A stretch of DNA of 64,000 nt from an uncultured Clostridia bacterium (GCA_947588355.1 CANPYI010000001.1:77771-141770); one strand, 5' to 3'. Counted from the stretch's first letter, positions 27,768 to 37,702 are shown. Notes: generated by a model from the letters alone, not told the origin. Numbers and translations: made by a program.

Positions 27768-29225
27768 TTATTTCATAAGTGGAAAAAGCACAACATCACG
27801 AATATTTGCACAGTCAAAAGCAAACATCAAAAATCGGTCAATGCCAAATCCCAAACCGGAAATTGGTGGCATACCATGTTCCATAGCAAGCAAAAAGTCT
27901 TCGTCAACGTCCATAGTTTCTTCGTCGCCTGCCGCCTTTTCTTTAAGTTGATCTTCCAAAGTTTTGCGTTGTATGATTGGATCGACCAACTCACTGTAAG
28001 CATTGACAAGTTCCTGACCACCAACAACAATCTGAAAAACATCAACAATTTTGCTGTTTTTGTCGTTTCGTCTTGCAAGTGGTTTCAATGATGCAGGATA
28101 GTTGTACAAAATCGTTGGATTGACTATATTTGCTCTGATTTTTCGCTTGTAGATGTAATCAATAAGTGTACGTACACTCTTGCATTCTTCAAGGTCGGCA
28201 TAAGTGAACAATTTTCTGTCAACTGCAATCTTTTTAAGTTGATTCAAATCTTCAATCTCAAGAAAATCACACCCCAAAAGTTCGCGCATGCGTGCAACAT
28301 AATCGATTTCGTCCCACTCCTTGCCAAAGTCAATCTCCTGCTCTTGATAAACAACCTTTGTTGTTCCAAAGCATGCTTTCATAAGTTCTGTCAAAAATTT
28401 TTTGAAAAACTTGATATTATCCTCAAAATTCCAATAAGATGCGTACCATTCAACTTGAGTGAATTCTTGCAAATGGGCAGGATCCATTCCTTCATTTCTA
28501 AAATCTTTGCCAAGTTCAAAAACTCGGTCAATTCCTGCACAAATACACTCTTTCAAAGCACATTCAAAGGCAATACGCAAATTGCATTGCAAATCCAAAG
28601 CATTATGATGTGTGAAAAATGGCTTTGCACTTGCGCCGGAAACGCTTGTTTGCAAAATTGGTGTTTCAACCTCAATAAAACCATTTTCTTCCAAAAACTT
28701 TCTGACAAAAGAAACAACTTTGCTTCTTGTCAAAAAGATTTTTCTGCTGTCTTCGTTTGTGATAAGGTCAAGATATCTTTGACGATATTTAATTTCAGTG
28801 TCAACAATGCCATGAAATTTTTCTGGAAGCGGCCTAAGAGTTTTTGAAAGCAAAGTAATTTTTTCCGCTTTGACGGTCACTTCACCTGTCTGAGTTTGAT
28901 AAACTTCACCTTCAACGCCAATAAAATCGCCAATATCAATCATCTTTTTGTAGAAATTGTAATCCTCTTCAGAAAATTCATTTCGCCCAACAGAAATTTG
29001 AATACGCTCATATATGTCTCTTATTTGGCAAAATCCAAACTTTCCCATAATTCTGCGAAAAACAATACGTCCAGCAATTTTCACTTTTTCGCCTATTTTT
29101 TCTCGTGCTTCTTGAATGGTGCAAGTTCGTTCAAATCTGTCCTTAAAAGGCAACTCGCCCATTTTTTTGAGTTCTTCAATTTTTGCACGTCTGATGTCAA
29201 TTTCATTTGATAAATTTTCTTCCAT
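27768..29225 (-). CDS. lysS: lysine--tRNA ligase (class II)
   Basis: OB anticodon-binding domain, FRNEGMDPAHLQEF, GLGFGIDRFLMF, 485 aa. Confidence 0.95.
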   Translation of the reverse strand: MEENLSNEIDIRRAKIEELKKMGELPFKDRFERTCTIQEAREKIGEKVKIAGRIVFRRIMGKFGFCQIRDIYERIQISVGRNEFSEEDYNFYKKMIDIGDFIGVEGEVYQTQTGEVTVKAEKITLLSKTLRPLPEKFHGIVDTEIKYRQRYLDLITNEDSRKIFLTRSKVVSFVRKFLEENGFIEVETPILQTSVSGASAKPFFTHHNALDLQCNLRIAFECALKECICAGIDRVFELGKDFRNEGMDPAHLQEFTQVEWYASYWNFEDNIKFFKKFLTELMKACFGTTKVVYQEQEIDFGKEWDEIDYVARMRELLGCDFLEIEDLNQLKKIAVDRKLFTYADLEECKSVRTLIDYIYKRKIRANIVNPTILYNYPASLKPLARRNDKNSKIVDVFQIVVGGQELVNAYSELVDPIIQRKTLEDQLKEKAAGDEETMDVDEDFLLAMEHGMPPISGLGFGIDRFLMFAFDCANIRDVVLFPLMK

Positions 29226-29255
29226 TTGTCCTCACCTTAAATAAAAACTTTAAAA

Positions 29256-29284
29256 AATATATCATAAAAAGTGTTTAATGTCAA
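29256..29284 (-). promoter_or_regulatory. sigma-A promoter of lysS
   Basis: Minus strand TTGACA(29284-29279)-17 nt-TATATT(29261-29256) with TGA upstream. About 30-nt leader with GGTGAGGA SD. Confidence 0.5.
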
Positions 29285-29382
29285 TTAAAACAACAATTTT
29301 AATCAATAGTTTTGCCTAAAAATATAATTAAATGCTTTGAAAAAAAAAGTCAAAATGCTAAAATGAAAAAGAGGTTTAAAAT

Positions 29383-30090
29383 ATGGTAAAGAAAAGTTGC
29401 GTTGTTATTGGTGCATCAGGAGAAATCGGTTTGGCGGTTGCCGAAAAGATGAAGCAGGAAAATTTCAGTTTGGCATTGTCTTTCAACAAAACGCAGATAA
29501 AAGGTTTTGACGATGACAAGAAATACAGTTTGGATTTGCTTGAAGATAAATCAATTGAAAACTTTTTTGCAAAAGTCTCAAAAGATTTTGACTATGTTGA
29601 CACACTTGTGTTTTGTGCAGGCATAGCGCAAAAAAGAACGTTGATTTTTGATGTTAAAAATGATGAGATAGACAGATTGTTTGAAGTGAACATAAAATCA
29701 GCAATCAAAGCCATAAGAGAATTTGTAAAAATAGCAAAAACACCTGCAAACATCGTGCTTGTAGGCTCTTTTGTGGACAAAGTAGGTTGTTCGTGCGAAA
29801 GCGTTTACACTGCCACAAAATCAGCAATGAACGGGCTTTGCAAATCACTTGCAAGTGAACTTGGCAATCTTGGTTTTAGAATAAATGTTGTCGCACCCGG
29901 CTTTGTTGACACAAAAATGAACAACAACCTGACCAAAGAAGAAAAAGAGGACATAGCCGAAATGACCCCTTTGCAAAGGCTCGGCACCGCAGAAGATGTG
30001 GCGAATGCCGTTGCATTTTTGTCAAGCGATAAGGCATCTTTCATCACCGGCCAAACATTGTATGTTGACGGCGGATTGATTTTGGAATAA
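29383..30090 (+). CDS. SDR family oxidoreductase (FabG-like)
   Basis: GASGEIGLAV cofactor site, catalytic YTATKSAMNG (YxxxK), 235 aa. Confidence 0.8.
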   Translation: MVKKSCVVIGASGEIGLAVAEKMKQENFSLALSFNKTQIKGFDDDKKYSLDLLEDKSIENFFAKVSKDFDYVDTLVFCAGIAQKRTLIFDVKNDEIDRLFEVNIKSAIKAIREFVKIAKTPANIVLVGSFVDKVGCSCESVYTATKSAMNGLCKSLASELGNLGFRINVVAPGFVDTKMNNNLTKEEKEDIAEMTPLQRLGTAEDVANAVAFLSSDKASFITGQTLYVDGGLILE

Positions 30091-30099
30091 CAAAATAAA

Positions 30100-30124
30100 G
30101 TGTATTATGAATTGCATACTACAC
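30100..30124 (+). repeat. intergenic palindrome, copy e (convergent SDR|trxB gap)
   Basis: GTGTATTATGAA-TT-GCATACTACAC (one substitution in the left arm). Confidence 0.8.
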
Positions 30125-30250
30125 AATATATCGAAAAATCAATTTTCGAACTTTTTATCCTTTTTGTAAAACATTTTTAAAAACGGAGTTGACCACCTTG
30201 GTGCTTTGACACAAATAATTTTGATTTGATTGTTTGATTTGTTTTCTTTT

Positions 30251-30287
30251 TCCATGCTATCTTTTTATGAAAGCATGGATTTTTTTG
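30251..30287 (+). terminator. plus-strand intrinsic terminator with no assigned gene
   Basis: TCCATGCT-13 nt-AGCATGGA followed by TTTTTTT on the plus strand. On the minus strand (trxB side) it is followed by A-rich sequence. Confidence 0.45.
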
Positions 30288-30299
30288 TCACACTTTGTT

Positions 30300-31169
30300 T
30301 TATGCCAACTGACCTGCTATTGCACCATCACTGCACGCTGTAACAACTTGTTTAAGCACTTTGCTTCTGACATCGCCAACCGCAAAGACACCTTTCATAG
30401 AAGTTCGCATGTTTTCGTCAGTGATAATAAACCCGTTTTGGTCAACCTTCACTCCGCCAAACACCGTTTGGTCAGGTTTTTTGCCAAGTGCAACAAACAA
30501 GCCTTTGCAAGAAATTATCTGCTTCTCACCATTTTGAACTATTTCCACGCCAGTTAACAAATCTTTGCCAATCAATTTCTCAATTTCAACATTGGACAAA
30601 ACTTCTATTTTTGGATTCTTGTTGACTTGTGCATAGATGCTCATATCTCCACTGTCCAAAACTGTCACTTTTTCACAAACCTCAGACAAAACAACCGCCT
30701 CTTTCAAGCCACTGCCATTTTTGCTTGCCACGCAAACCTTTTCGCCCTTAAAAAAGTTGGCATCGCACACAGCACAATAACTCAAACCTTTTCCAACATA
30801 ATCATTTTCGTTTTTGCCAAGTTCTATATAAGATAGTCCTGTGGCAATAATAACGCTGTTTGCTTTGTATTTATCCTTCTGGCCAAACAAAGTTTTGACT
30901 TGCGAAACATAGTCAACCTTTTGAATTGTGTCATAGACTATTTCGATTGAAAGGCCCTCAACTTGCTTCGAGAATTTTTGAACAAGAGAAATTCCGTCTG
31001 TTGTTGAAATAGAAGGAAAATTTTCTATTTTTGGAATCGTGTTGACTTGTCCGCCTAATGCCAATTTTTCAATAAGTACAACATTTTTTCCACGGCGTTT
31101 TGCATAAATTGCCGCACTCATACCGGCAACCCCTCCGCCAATAATCACAATATCATATATCTTTTCCAT
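30300..31169 (-). CDS. trxB: thioredoxin-disulfide reductase-like flavoprotein
   Basis: IIGGGVAGMSAAIY FAD site at residues 9-22, redox CAVC, second dinucleotide site, 289 aa. Confidence 0.85.
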   Translation of the reverse strand: MEKIYDIVIIGGGVAGMSAAIYAKRRGKNVVLIEKLALGGQVNTIPKIENFPSISTTDGISLVQKFSKQVEGLSIEIVYDTIQKVDYVSQVKTLFGQKDKYKANSVIIATGLSYIELGKNENDYVGKGLSYCAVCDANFFKGEKVCVASKNGSGLKEAVVLSEVCEKVTVLDSGDMSIYAQVNKNPKIEVLSNVEIEKLIGKDLLTGVEIVQNGEKQIISCKGLFVALGKKPDQTVFGGVKVDQNGFIITDENMRTSMKGVFAVGDVRSKVLKQVVTACSDGAIAGQLA

Positions 31170-31207
31170 ACAAATATATTATCACAAAATCAAGACAGTT
31201 TTGTCAA
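31170..31207 (-). promoter_or_regulatory. sigma-A promoter abutting the trxB ATG (leaderless candidate)
   Basis: Minus strand TTGACA(31207-31202)-18 nt-GATAAT(31183-31178, TGT upstream)-ATATTTGT-ATG(31169). No SD. Confidence 0.5.
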
Positions 31208-31221
31208 CTGTTTGTCAGGCA

Positions 31222-31247
31222 ATAAAAAAAGGGTTTTCAAAACCCTT
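31222..31247 (-). terminator. intrinsic terminator after rplS
   Basis: Minus strand AGGGTTTTGAAAACCCT followed by TTTTTTT. Overlaps the stop codon. Confidence 0.7.
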
Positions 31248-31593
31248 AATTTTCTGCTGATTTAACTTTTGCGGCTTTTCCTGTAAGGTCGCGAACATAA
31301 TAAAGTTTTGCCCTTCTTGGTTTGCCCTTTCTTACAACTTCAATAGAAGCGATTTTTGGTGAATGAAGTGGAAAAGTTTTTTCTACACCAACACCGTAGG
31401 ACATTTTTCTTACAGTAAATGTTTCACGGATTCCGCCATTTTTTCTGGAAATCACTGTGCCTTCAAAAGCCTGTAATCTTTCTTTGTCGCCTTCCTTGAT
31501 CTTCACTGTGACCTTTACAGTGTCACCGATAGCAAATTCAGGAATGGTCTCTTTCATGCCTTCGCGCTCAAGTTGATCGATAATATTTGCCAT
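31246..31593 (-). CDS. rplS: 50S ribosomal protein L19
   Basis: [28 protein letters not shown]... Start at ATG 31593 after AAAGGAG. Confidence 0.95.
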   Translation of the reverse strand: MANIIDQLEREGMKETIPEFAIGDTVKVTVKIKEGDKERLQAFEGTVISRKNGGIRETFTVRKMSYGVGVEKTFPLHSPKIASIEVVRKGKPRRAKLYYVRDLTGKAAKVKSAEN

Positions 31594-31730
31594 TGACTTA
31601 TCTCCTTTTTTCAGATTTTCGACATGATGCTCATAAAGCCTTATATTTAAGTTGCACAAATTTTGTGCCAATGCCCAGCGGAACACCCGAAGTCTTTGTC
31701 ATTATATCACATATAAAATTTAAAAAGCAA
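31594..31730 (-). promoter_or_regulatory. rplS promoter and ~100-nt structured leader (L19-leader candidate)
   Basis: Minus strand TTGCTT(31730-31725)-18 nt-TATAAT(31706-31701, TGA upstream). Leader contains GACUUCGGGUG and GCACAAAAUUUGUGC hairpins. Confidence 0.4.
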
Positions 31731-31759
31731 GTGTTTTTGAAAATATTTTTAAAAACTTG

Positions 31760-32131
31760 TCAAAAAGCATTTATTTCGTGATTTATCTCATCTGCCAAGA
31801 TTTCTATTACATCAAAACGACAGTCGCTTTGTGACTTGTGCTTAAGCATCAGCCAAAACTCAGCCGTCTTTCTTATTTTTTGCTGTTTTTTGAAGTCAAC
31901 AGCCTCGATAGGCCTGCCAAACGCCAATGTCGAGCGTTTTTTAACCTCAACAAACACAAAACAGTCCTTGTCTTTGGCAATAATGTCAATCTCACCAAAT
32001 TTTGTTTTGTAGTTTGTCTGTAAAATTTTGTAGCCTTTGCGTTCCAAAAAATTGACGGCACTTGTCTCACCGATATCACCTTCAATTTTGTTGCGCATTT
32101 TTGACAAATCTTTTGTATAAGGATTTTCCAT
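31760..32131 (-). CDS. yraN: YraN family (UPF0102) endonuclease-like protein
   Basis: GEIDIIAKDKDCFVFVEVKKRS, 123 aa. Confidence 0.85.
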   Translation of the reverse strand: MENPYTKDLSKMRNKIEGDIGETSAVNFLERKGYKILQTNYKTKFGEIDIIAKDKDCFVFVEVKKRSTLAFGRPIEAVDFKKQQKIRKTAEFWLMLKHKSQSDCRFDVIEILADEINHEINAF

Positions 32132-32139
32132 ATTTCACC

Positions 32140-32970
32140 TTAATCCAAAGTAAGTTTTCCAAGACGACCCTTGCGAAAATCATCGATAATCGTTCTGCCA
32201 GCACGCTCCAAATCAATTTCATTTCCAGAGCAAAGAAATTTTCTTTTTTTGGCTATTTGATTTAAAACATCAAAACCATCTTGAAAAGAATCAATTTCGT
32301 ATCTGTTTTTAAGCACATCTGGATATATCTTGACAATATCACACGCAAAAGCACCTCCAATTTCAACAAAATCCAAAATCTCATCACGCACACTGCCAAC
32401 ATAGGCAAGTTTTTTGGCGATATTTTGATTTTCAATGTTTGGATAAAGTGTGCCAGGAGTGTCGTAAACCTCCACGCAGTCCCCGACACTAACCCACTGG
32501 CCGCGTTTTGTCACGCCGGCTCTGTCGCCGGTTTCAGTTTTAGCTTTTCTGCAAAGACTGTTCACCAGGGTGCTTTTTCCAGAGTTTGGAATGCCAACAA
32601 CCATAGTCCTTACAGTTGTTTTGACACCTTTTGAAAGATATTTTTCTACCTTTTCATGTGCCAACTGCTTGATTTTGTTTAAAATAATATCACTTTTGCC
32701 CGAAAGAGTGCTGTTGTAAAAGACAAAATCGGTATTTTTGTTTTCAAATTGTTTTAACAAATCCTTAACCCGTTTTTCGTCAGCCAAATCAATTTTGTTA
32801 AGCACGAAAAGTGTTGGCTTGTTTTGAGTGAGTTTATCCAAACTTGGATTGAAAGAGGAAAGAGGTATGCGTGCGTCAAGAACATATGTGACAACATCAA
32901 CTTTTTTCAGTTGCTCACTTATGTCCTTGAGTGCTTTGTTCATATGTCCAGGAAACCAATTTATTTTCAT
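32140..32970 (-). CDS. rbgA: ribosome biogenesis GTPase A (YlqF)
   Basis: Circularly permuted GTPase: NKIDL precedes GIPNSGKST. N-terminus MKINWFPGHMNKA. Confidence 0.9.
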   Translation of the reverse strand: MKINWFPGHMNKALKDISEQLKKVDVVTYVLDARIPLSSFNPSLDKLTQNKPTLFVLNKIDLADEKRVKDLLKQFENKNTDFVFYNSTLSGKSDIILNKIKQLAHEKVEKYLSKGVKTTVRTMVVGIPNSGKSTLVNSLCRKAKTETGDRAGVTKRGQWVSVGDCVEVYDTPGTLYPNIENQNIAKKLAYVGSVRDEILDFVEIGGAFACDIVKIYPDVLKNRYEIDSFQDGFDVLNQIAKKRKFLCSGNEIDLERAGRTIIDDFRKGRLGKLTLD

Positions 32971-32992
32971 ACACTTTCCTTTTTTCTCACAA

Positions 32993-33033
32993 AATATTGT
33001 GTATTATGCATTGCATACTACACCAAATATTGT
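32993..33033 (+). repeat. intergenic palindrome, copy f (trmD|rbgA spacer)
   Basis: AATATT-GTGTATTATGCA-TT-GCATACTACACC-AAATATTG. Core at 32999-33024. Confidence 0.85.
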
Positions 33034-33750
33034 TTATTTTTTATTCAGCAAATCTTTTCTTATCTTTTTTGTTCGTGCCAAACTTTGCTCGATACGCCAT
33101 TTTTCAACCTCTTGATGATTGCCAGAAAGCAAAATATCTGGCACTTGTATGCCATTAAAAACTCTTGGCTTTGTGTACTGTGGATATTCCAAAAGGCCAT
33201 TTGAAAAACTTTCATTGGTCAAACTATCTGCAGAAATAACTCCATAAACAAAGCGAGCAAGACAATCTATTATCACCATGGTTGGAAGTTCTCCGCCGGT
33301 CAGCACATAGTCGCCTATCGAAATTTGCTCGATTGGAAAAAGTTGAAATAGCCTTTCGTCAACACCTTCATAGTGTCCACAAACAAAAATCAAATGTTTG
33401 TATTTGGAAAGGCTTTCTGCTTTTTTTGCGTTCAGCACTTTTCCGATTGGTGAAGGAAAAATAATCTTTGTGGAAACATTTGTCTTTTTTGCCTTGTCGC
33501 TTAACAGAGCCGACTTTTCTTCCTGGCTAAGCACTGACAAAATCGCGTCATATATTGGTTGCACAGTCATAAGCATGCCTGCACCACCGCCAAAAGGTGT
33601 GTCGTCACACTTTTTGTGCTTGTCATTGGAAAAATCACGAATGTTGACAAGGTTTATGTCCAGAATGCCGCCTTCACACGCACGACCGATTATGCTTGTT
33701 CCAAGCGAAGAAAATGCTTCTGGAAAAAGCGTCAAAATATCTATTTTCAT
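33034..33750 (-). CDS. trmD: tRNA (guanine37-N1)-methyltransferase
   Basis: MKIDILTLFPE, GHYEGVDERL, IGDYVLTGGELP. Confidence 0.95.
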   Translation of the reverse strand: MKIDILTLFPEAFSSLGTSIIGRACEGGILDINLVNIRDFSNDKHKKCDDTPFGGGAGMLMTVQPIYDAILSVLSQEEKSALLSDKAKKTNVSTKIIFPSPIGKVLNAKKAESLSKYKHLIFVCGHYEGVDERLFQLFPIEQISIGDYVLTGGELPTMVIIDCLARFVYGVISADSLTNESFSNGLLEYPQYTKPRVFNGIQVPDILLSGNHQEVEKWRIEQSLARTKKIRKDLLNKK

Positions 33751-34250
33751 TCTTGAACCACCTTTGCTCCTTCATATTCGGATCGGATTGCTGTCAAATT
33801 TTTGCCATTGCTCTGAAAAATAGCCTTTCGAAATGGAACTTCGTAAGTGATGCCGTCTTCTTTTATTATCAAAATGTCATCAAAGCCATAGTCAACAACG
33901 TCCATTATTTGACCAATCAAATCGCCTTTTTCGTCATATATAATCATGCCAATCAAATCGTCAATCAAAAAGTGGTCATCTGAAAGTTTTTCAAATTCTT
34001 CTTTTGTGATATACACCTTTTTGTTGCGAAACTTTTCGGCAGTGTTCCTGTCGATGATCTTGGCAAATTTGATATAACCATATCCAAGTCGAAACGTTCC
34101 TGAAACAATTTCCATAGGCTCTTTTTCAACATAAAGTGCGTGCTTGCCATTAAAAATCGCAGGAATATCTACTGAAGGCATTATTTTCACCTCCCCTTTG
34201 ATACCCTGCGGTTTTATTATTTTTCCTACGCAGACAAAATTATCCGCCAT
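33747..34250 (-). CDS. rimM: 16S rRNA processing protein RimM
   Basis: GKIIKPQGIKGEVKI N-terminal barrel plus PRC barrel. Overlaps the trmD start. Confidence 0.9.
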   Translation of the reverse strand: MADNFVCVGKIIKPQGIKGEVKIMPSVDIPAIFNGKHALYVEKEPMEIVSGTFRLGYGYIKFAKIIDRNTAEKFRNKKVYITKEEFEKLSDDHFLIDDLIGMIIYDEKGDLIGQIMDVVDYGFDDILIIKEDGITYEVPFRKAIFQSNGKNLTAIRSEYEGAKVVQE

Positions 34251-34253
34251 GCC

Positions 34254-34484
34254 TTAGTCCTCAAATTTCACAAAAACTTTTTTGTGCAATTTTGCGCTGA
34301 CAGACTTCAATATTGTGCGTATACTGTTTGCTGTTTTGCCGTTTTTTCCAATAACCTTGCCAATATCGTTTTCATCAACTTTGACACGATATGTGATTGT
34401 CTTTTCGTCCTCATCTTTTGAAATCACAACTGCGGATTTGTCTTCAACAAGACTTTCAACGAGGAATTTCAACAATTCTTCCAT
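34254..34484 (-). CDS. ylqC: KH domain RNA-binding protein
   Basis: 76 aa, IGKVIGKNGKTANSIRTILK (GxxG KH motif), between rpsP and rimM. Confidence 0.85.
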   Translation of the reverse strand: MEELLKFLVESLVEDKSAVVISKDEDEKTITYRVKVDENDIGKVIGKNGKTANSIRTILKSVSAKLHKKVFVKFED

Positions 34485-34495
34485 TGTTTTGCTCC

Positions 34496-34753
34496 TTATT
34501 TGTTTTCAGGGTTGATAGCGCCACTCTTTACAAGCACTGACTTTGCTGTCTCTGTTGGAGTTGCACCATTTTTGAGCCATTTTTCAGCCTTTTGATTGTC
34601 AATTTTGATTTCAGCAGGGTTTGTAAGTGGATTGTAAGTGCCCAAAAGGTCGATATATTTGCCGTCTCTTGGACTTTTTGAGTCAGCCACTACAACACGA
34701 TAGAAAGGTGCTTTCTTGTCTCCCATTCTTGTAAGTCTGATTTTTACTGCCAT
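34496..34753 (-). CDS. rpsP: 30S ribosomal protein S16
   Basis: [34 protein letters not shown]. Confidence 0.95.
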   Translation of the reverse strand: MAVKIRLTRMGDKKAPFYRVVVADSKSPRDGKYIDLLGTYNPLTNPAEIKIDNQKAEKWLKNGATPTETAKSVLVKSGAINPENK

Positions 34754-34826
34754 TTGTTTTTCTCCTTTTAAAAAATTCTTTTGCTTATATATAAATCAAA
34801 ACACAAGGTTTTGAGATATATCAATC

Positions 34827-36140
34827 CTAAAACAAGCCTCTGAGTCCTTTTTTGCCTTTGATCATTTTCATCATCTCTTTGGACTGCTCAAACTGCTTTA
34901 AAAGAGCGTTGACTTGTTGTATTGTTGTACCACTGCCTTTTGCAATGCGTTGACGACGACTTGCTTTGATTATGTCCGGATTCATTCGTTCTTCATGCGT
35001 CATGCTTTGAATAATCGCTTTGTTGACCTCAAGTTGCTTTTCGTCAATTGTGACGCCTTTCATTTTTGACGAAAGTCCAGGAATCATGCCAACTATATCT
35101 TGCAGACTGCCCATTTTTTTCAGGCTTTCCATTTGTGTAAGATAATCTTCAAAAGTAAACGAGTTTTCACGCAATTTTTCCTGCATTTTTTTGGCTTCTT
35201 CTTCAGTGACGGCTTCTTGCGCACGTTCTATCAAAGAAAGCACATCGCCCATGCCAAGTATTCTGCTGGCAATTCTGTCCGGATGAAACGGCTCAAGGTC
35301 GCCAATCTTTTCACCTACGCCAGAAAATTTGATAGGCTTTCCGGTGATTGCTTTGATTGAAAGTGCTGCACCGCCACGAGTGTCGCCATCAAGTTTTGTC
35401 AGCACAACGCCGGTTATGTCAAGGTCATTGTTGAAACTCTCAGCAATAGTCACTGCATCTTGACCAGTCATGGAGTCAACAACAAGCAAAATTTCTGTCG
35501 GCTTTACTTCTTTTTTGATTTCTTTCAATTCTTCCATCAACTCTTGATTGATGTGAAGACGACCAGCAGTGTCGATTATCACAGTGTCAAAACCTTGTTT
35601 TTTGGCATGCTCAAGGGCCTGTTTTGCGGTTTTGACAGGATTTTGTGTGCCACGTTCAAACACTTCCGCATTTGCAGTTTTGCCAACCACTTGCAATTGA
35701 TTTATTGCGGCAGGACGATAGATGTCACAAGCAACAAGCAACGGTTTTTTGCCCGATTTTTTCAAGTGATAGGCAAGTTTTCCGCACATTGTGGTTTTGC
35801 CGGCACCTTGAAGTCCGCACATCATAATAATTGTTGGAGGATTTGGTGCAATTGCAAGTTTTTGATTGTCAGAAGAAATCAATTTCACAAGTTCATCACG
35901 AACAATTTTGATAACCATTTGACCAGGCGTCAAACTTTTCATAACATCTTCGCCAAGTGCTTTTTCAGAAACATCTGACACAAACTTTTTGGCAACCATG
36001 TAGTTTACATCTGCTTCCAAAAGGGCAATCCTGACTTCACGCATGGCCTCTTTGATTTCAAGTTCGGTCAATTTGCCGCGTTTTGTGAGTTTTGAAAAAA
36101 TGTGATTCAGTTTTTCAGATAATGACGAAAACAATGCCAT
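34827..36140 (-). CDS. ffh: signal recognition particle protein Ffh
   Basis: NG domain GLQGAGKTT, DTAGR, TKLDGD. Met-rich M domain. Confidence 0.95.
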   Translation of the reverse strand: MALFSSLSEKLNHIFSKLTKRGKLTELEIKEAMREVRIALLEADVNYMVAKKFVSDVSEKALGEDVMKSLTPGQMVIKIVRDELVKLISSDNQKLAIAPNPPTIIMMCGLQGAGKTTMCGKLAYHLKKSGKKPLLVACDIYRPAAINQLQVVGKTANAEVFERGTQNPVKTAKQALEHAKKQGFDTVIIDTAGRLHINQELMEELKEIKKEVKPTEILLVVDSMTGQDAVTIAESFNNDLDITGVVLTKLDGDTRGGAALSIKAITGKPIKFSGVGEKIGDLEPFHPDRIASRILGMGDVLSLIERAQEAVTEEEAKKMQEKLRENSFTFEDYLTQMESLKKMGSLQDIVGMIPGLSSKMKGVTIDEKQLEVNKAIIQSMTHEERMNPDIIKASRRQRIAKGSGTTIQQVNALLKQFEQSKEMMKMIKGKKGLRGLF

Positions 36141-36141
36141 A

Positions 36142-36480
36142 TCAAATTTCCTTTAAGATTTCTTCGACTTTTTTTTGAATTTTTTTGGTGTCACCTACTT
36201 GGCACAAGTTGAGTATTTCTTCAAGTGCTGACTGAATTTTTTGACGATTTGAAGTCGTGTGCAAAACATCTTCGATTTGTTTGAGTTTTTCACAAGACTT
36301 TTGAATCGCGTCCAAAACTGCTTGCCGTGAAATCTGCCTTTCGTTTGCAATTTCTGCCAAAGTCATGTTGCAATCAAAATACAAACTCATGATTTGTTGT
36401 CTGTCCTCACTGAGCAGTTTTCCATACGTATCAAACAGTCTTCCATATTGGACAAAATCTTCAAGCCGTATCTTTGACAT
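36142..36480 (-). CDS. ylxM: YlxM (UPF0122) putative helix-turn-helix protein
   Basis: MTLAEIANERQISRQAVLDAI, upstream of ffh. Start at ATG 36480 after AGAGGTG. Confidence 0.85.
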   Translation of the reverse strand: MSKIRLEDFVQYGRLFDTYGKLLSEDRQQIMSLYFDCNMTLAEIANERQISRQAVLDAIQKSCEKLKQIEDVLHTTSNRQKIQSALEEILNLCQVGDTKKIQKKVEEILKEI

Positions 36481-36579
36481 ACACACCTCTGTTTTGTCAA
36501 GTTCTTTAACTTTACACCATGATTATATCACATCATTTTTCAAAAATCAACTATTTTTAACAAAAATTTCTATCAAAAT

Positions 36580-37689
36580 TTACTTATCTTCAAACAAGTT
36601 TGAAATAATTGTGTTGGACATTTGATAAAACATTGGATTCAACTTGACAAGTCCCCCTTCCTGTGTCAATATTCCCTGCTTTAAATAGTCCTGAAAATAA
36701 GGATTTTTGTTTAAATCAATTTTTTTAAGTGATTTTACATCAACACCCAAGTTGCACCTTAGCCCAAGCATAATTTTCTCTTCATCTTCTTCGGTCAAAG
36801 ATAATTCCTCGCTTGTGGTCACGCCATTTTTATAGTCATCTATGTTGTCGGCGTTCCAAAACCTTTTTCCGTTCAAAAAAGAATGTGCCGAAAGTCCAAA
36901 TCCAACATATTCGCCTCGCGCCCAATAGTTTGAATTGTGCTTACTTTCAAACTGCGGATAGGCAAAATTGCTTATCTCATATCTTTCCAAACCAGCATCT
37001 TTAAGATAATTTGCCAGTTTGTTGAAAGCGGCAACTTGTTCTTCGTCACCCAGCGGCAAATATTTTTTATTTTGAATCATATCAAAGATTGGCGTGTTTT
37101 GATAAATTTCCAAAAAGTAACAAGAAATATGCTTAATACCAAGTTCAAGCAGTTGTTTGGCATGTTTGCACAAGGTTTTGCCATCTTCCCCCTCCAAGCC
37201 AACAAGCAAATCGCAGGAGACATTTGCAAAATATTTGCGTACAAGTTTAATTTTTTCTATTGCCATTTTTGATGTATGCAGTCTGCCTATTTTTGAAAGG
37301 TTTTTGTCACTTAAAGTCTGAACACCGACACTCACACGATTGACTCTCAAACTTTTCCAACATTTCAATTTTTCCTCAGAAATGCTGTGCGGATTTGCCT
37401 CTATCGTAAATTCTGCATTGTCATAAACATCAAAGTTGTCATATATCGCCCTCACAACCTCAGAAATCTGTTCGCATGACAAAACACTTGGAGTTCCGCC
37501 GCCTATATAAATTGTTTTGACAACATATTTGTTTGAAAACTGTTTGCTTTTTTCAGCAATCTCGCCACACAAAAGTTTTAAATAATTTTCCTTTTCTTGC
37601 TGTGTGGCGCAAAAGGAATTAAATGCGCAGTAAGCACACTTGTGTTCACAAAATGGAATATGGACATAAATTGAAATTTCTTTTCTCAT
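36580..37689 (-). CDS. hemW: radical SAM heme chaperone HemW (HemN-like)
   Basis: CEHKCAYC (CxxxCxxC), 369 aa, downstream of lepA as in many Firmicutes. Confidence 0.85.
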   Translation of the reverse strand: MRKEISIYVHIPFCEHKCAYCAFNSFCATQQEKENYLKLLCGEIAEKSKQFSNKYVVKTIYIGGGTPSVLSCEQISEVVRAIYDNFDVYDNAEFTIEANPHSISEEKLKCWKSLRVNRVSVGVQTLSDKNLSKIGRLHTSKMAIEKIKLVRKYFANVSCDLLVGLEGEDGKTLCKHAKQLLELGIKHISCYFLEIYQNTPIFDMIQNKKYLPLGDEEQVAAFNKLANYLKDAGLERYEISNFAYPQFESKHNSNYWARGEYVGFGLSAHSFLNGKRFWNADNIDDYKNGVTTSEELSLTEEDEEKIMLGLRCNLGVDVKSLKKIDLNKNPYFQDYLKQGILTQEGGLVKLNPMFYQMSNTIISNLFEDK

Positions 37690-37702
37690 ATTCTATCTCC
37701 AA

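Noticed and set aside
30234-30557. 107-aa plus-strand ORF starting in the SDR/trxB gap
   Set aside because: Most of it is antisense to trxB, it is hydrophobic low-complexity sequence with no SD, and the plus-strand terminator at 30251-30287 lies inside it.
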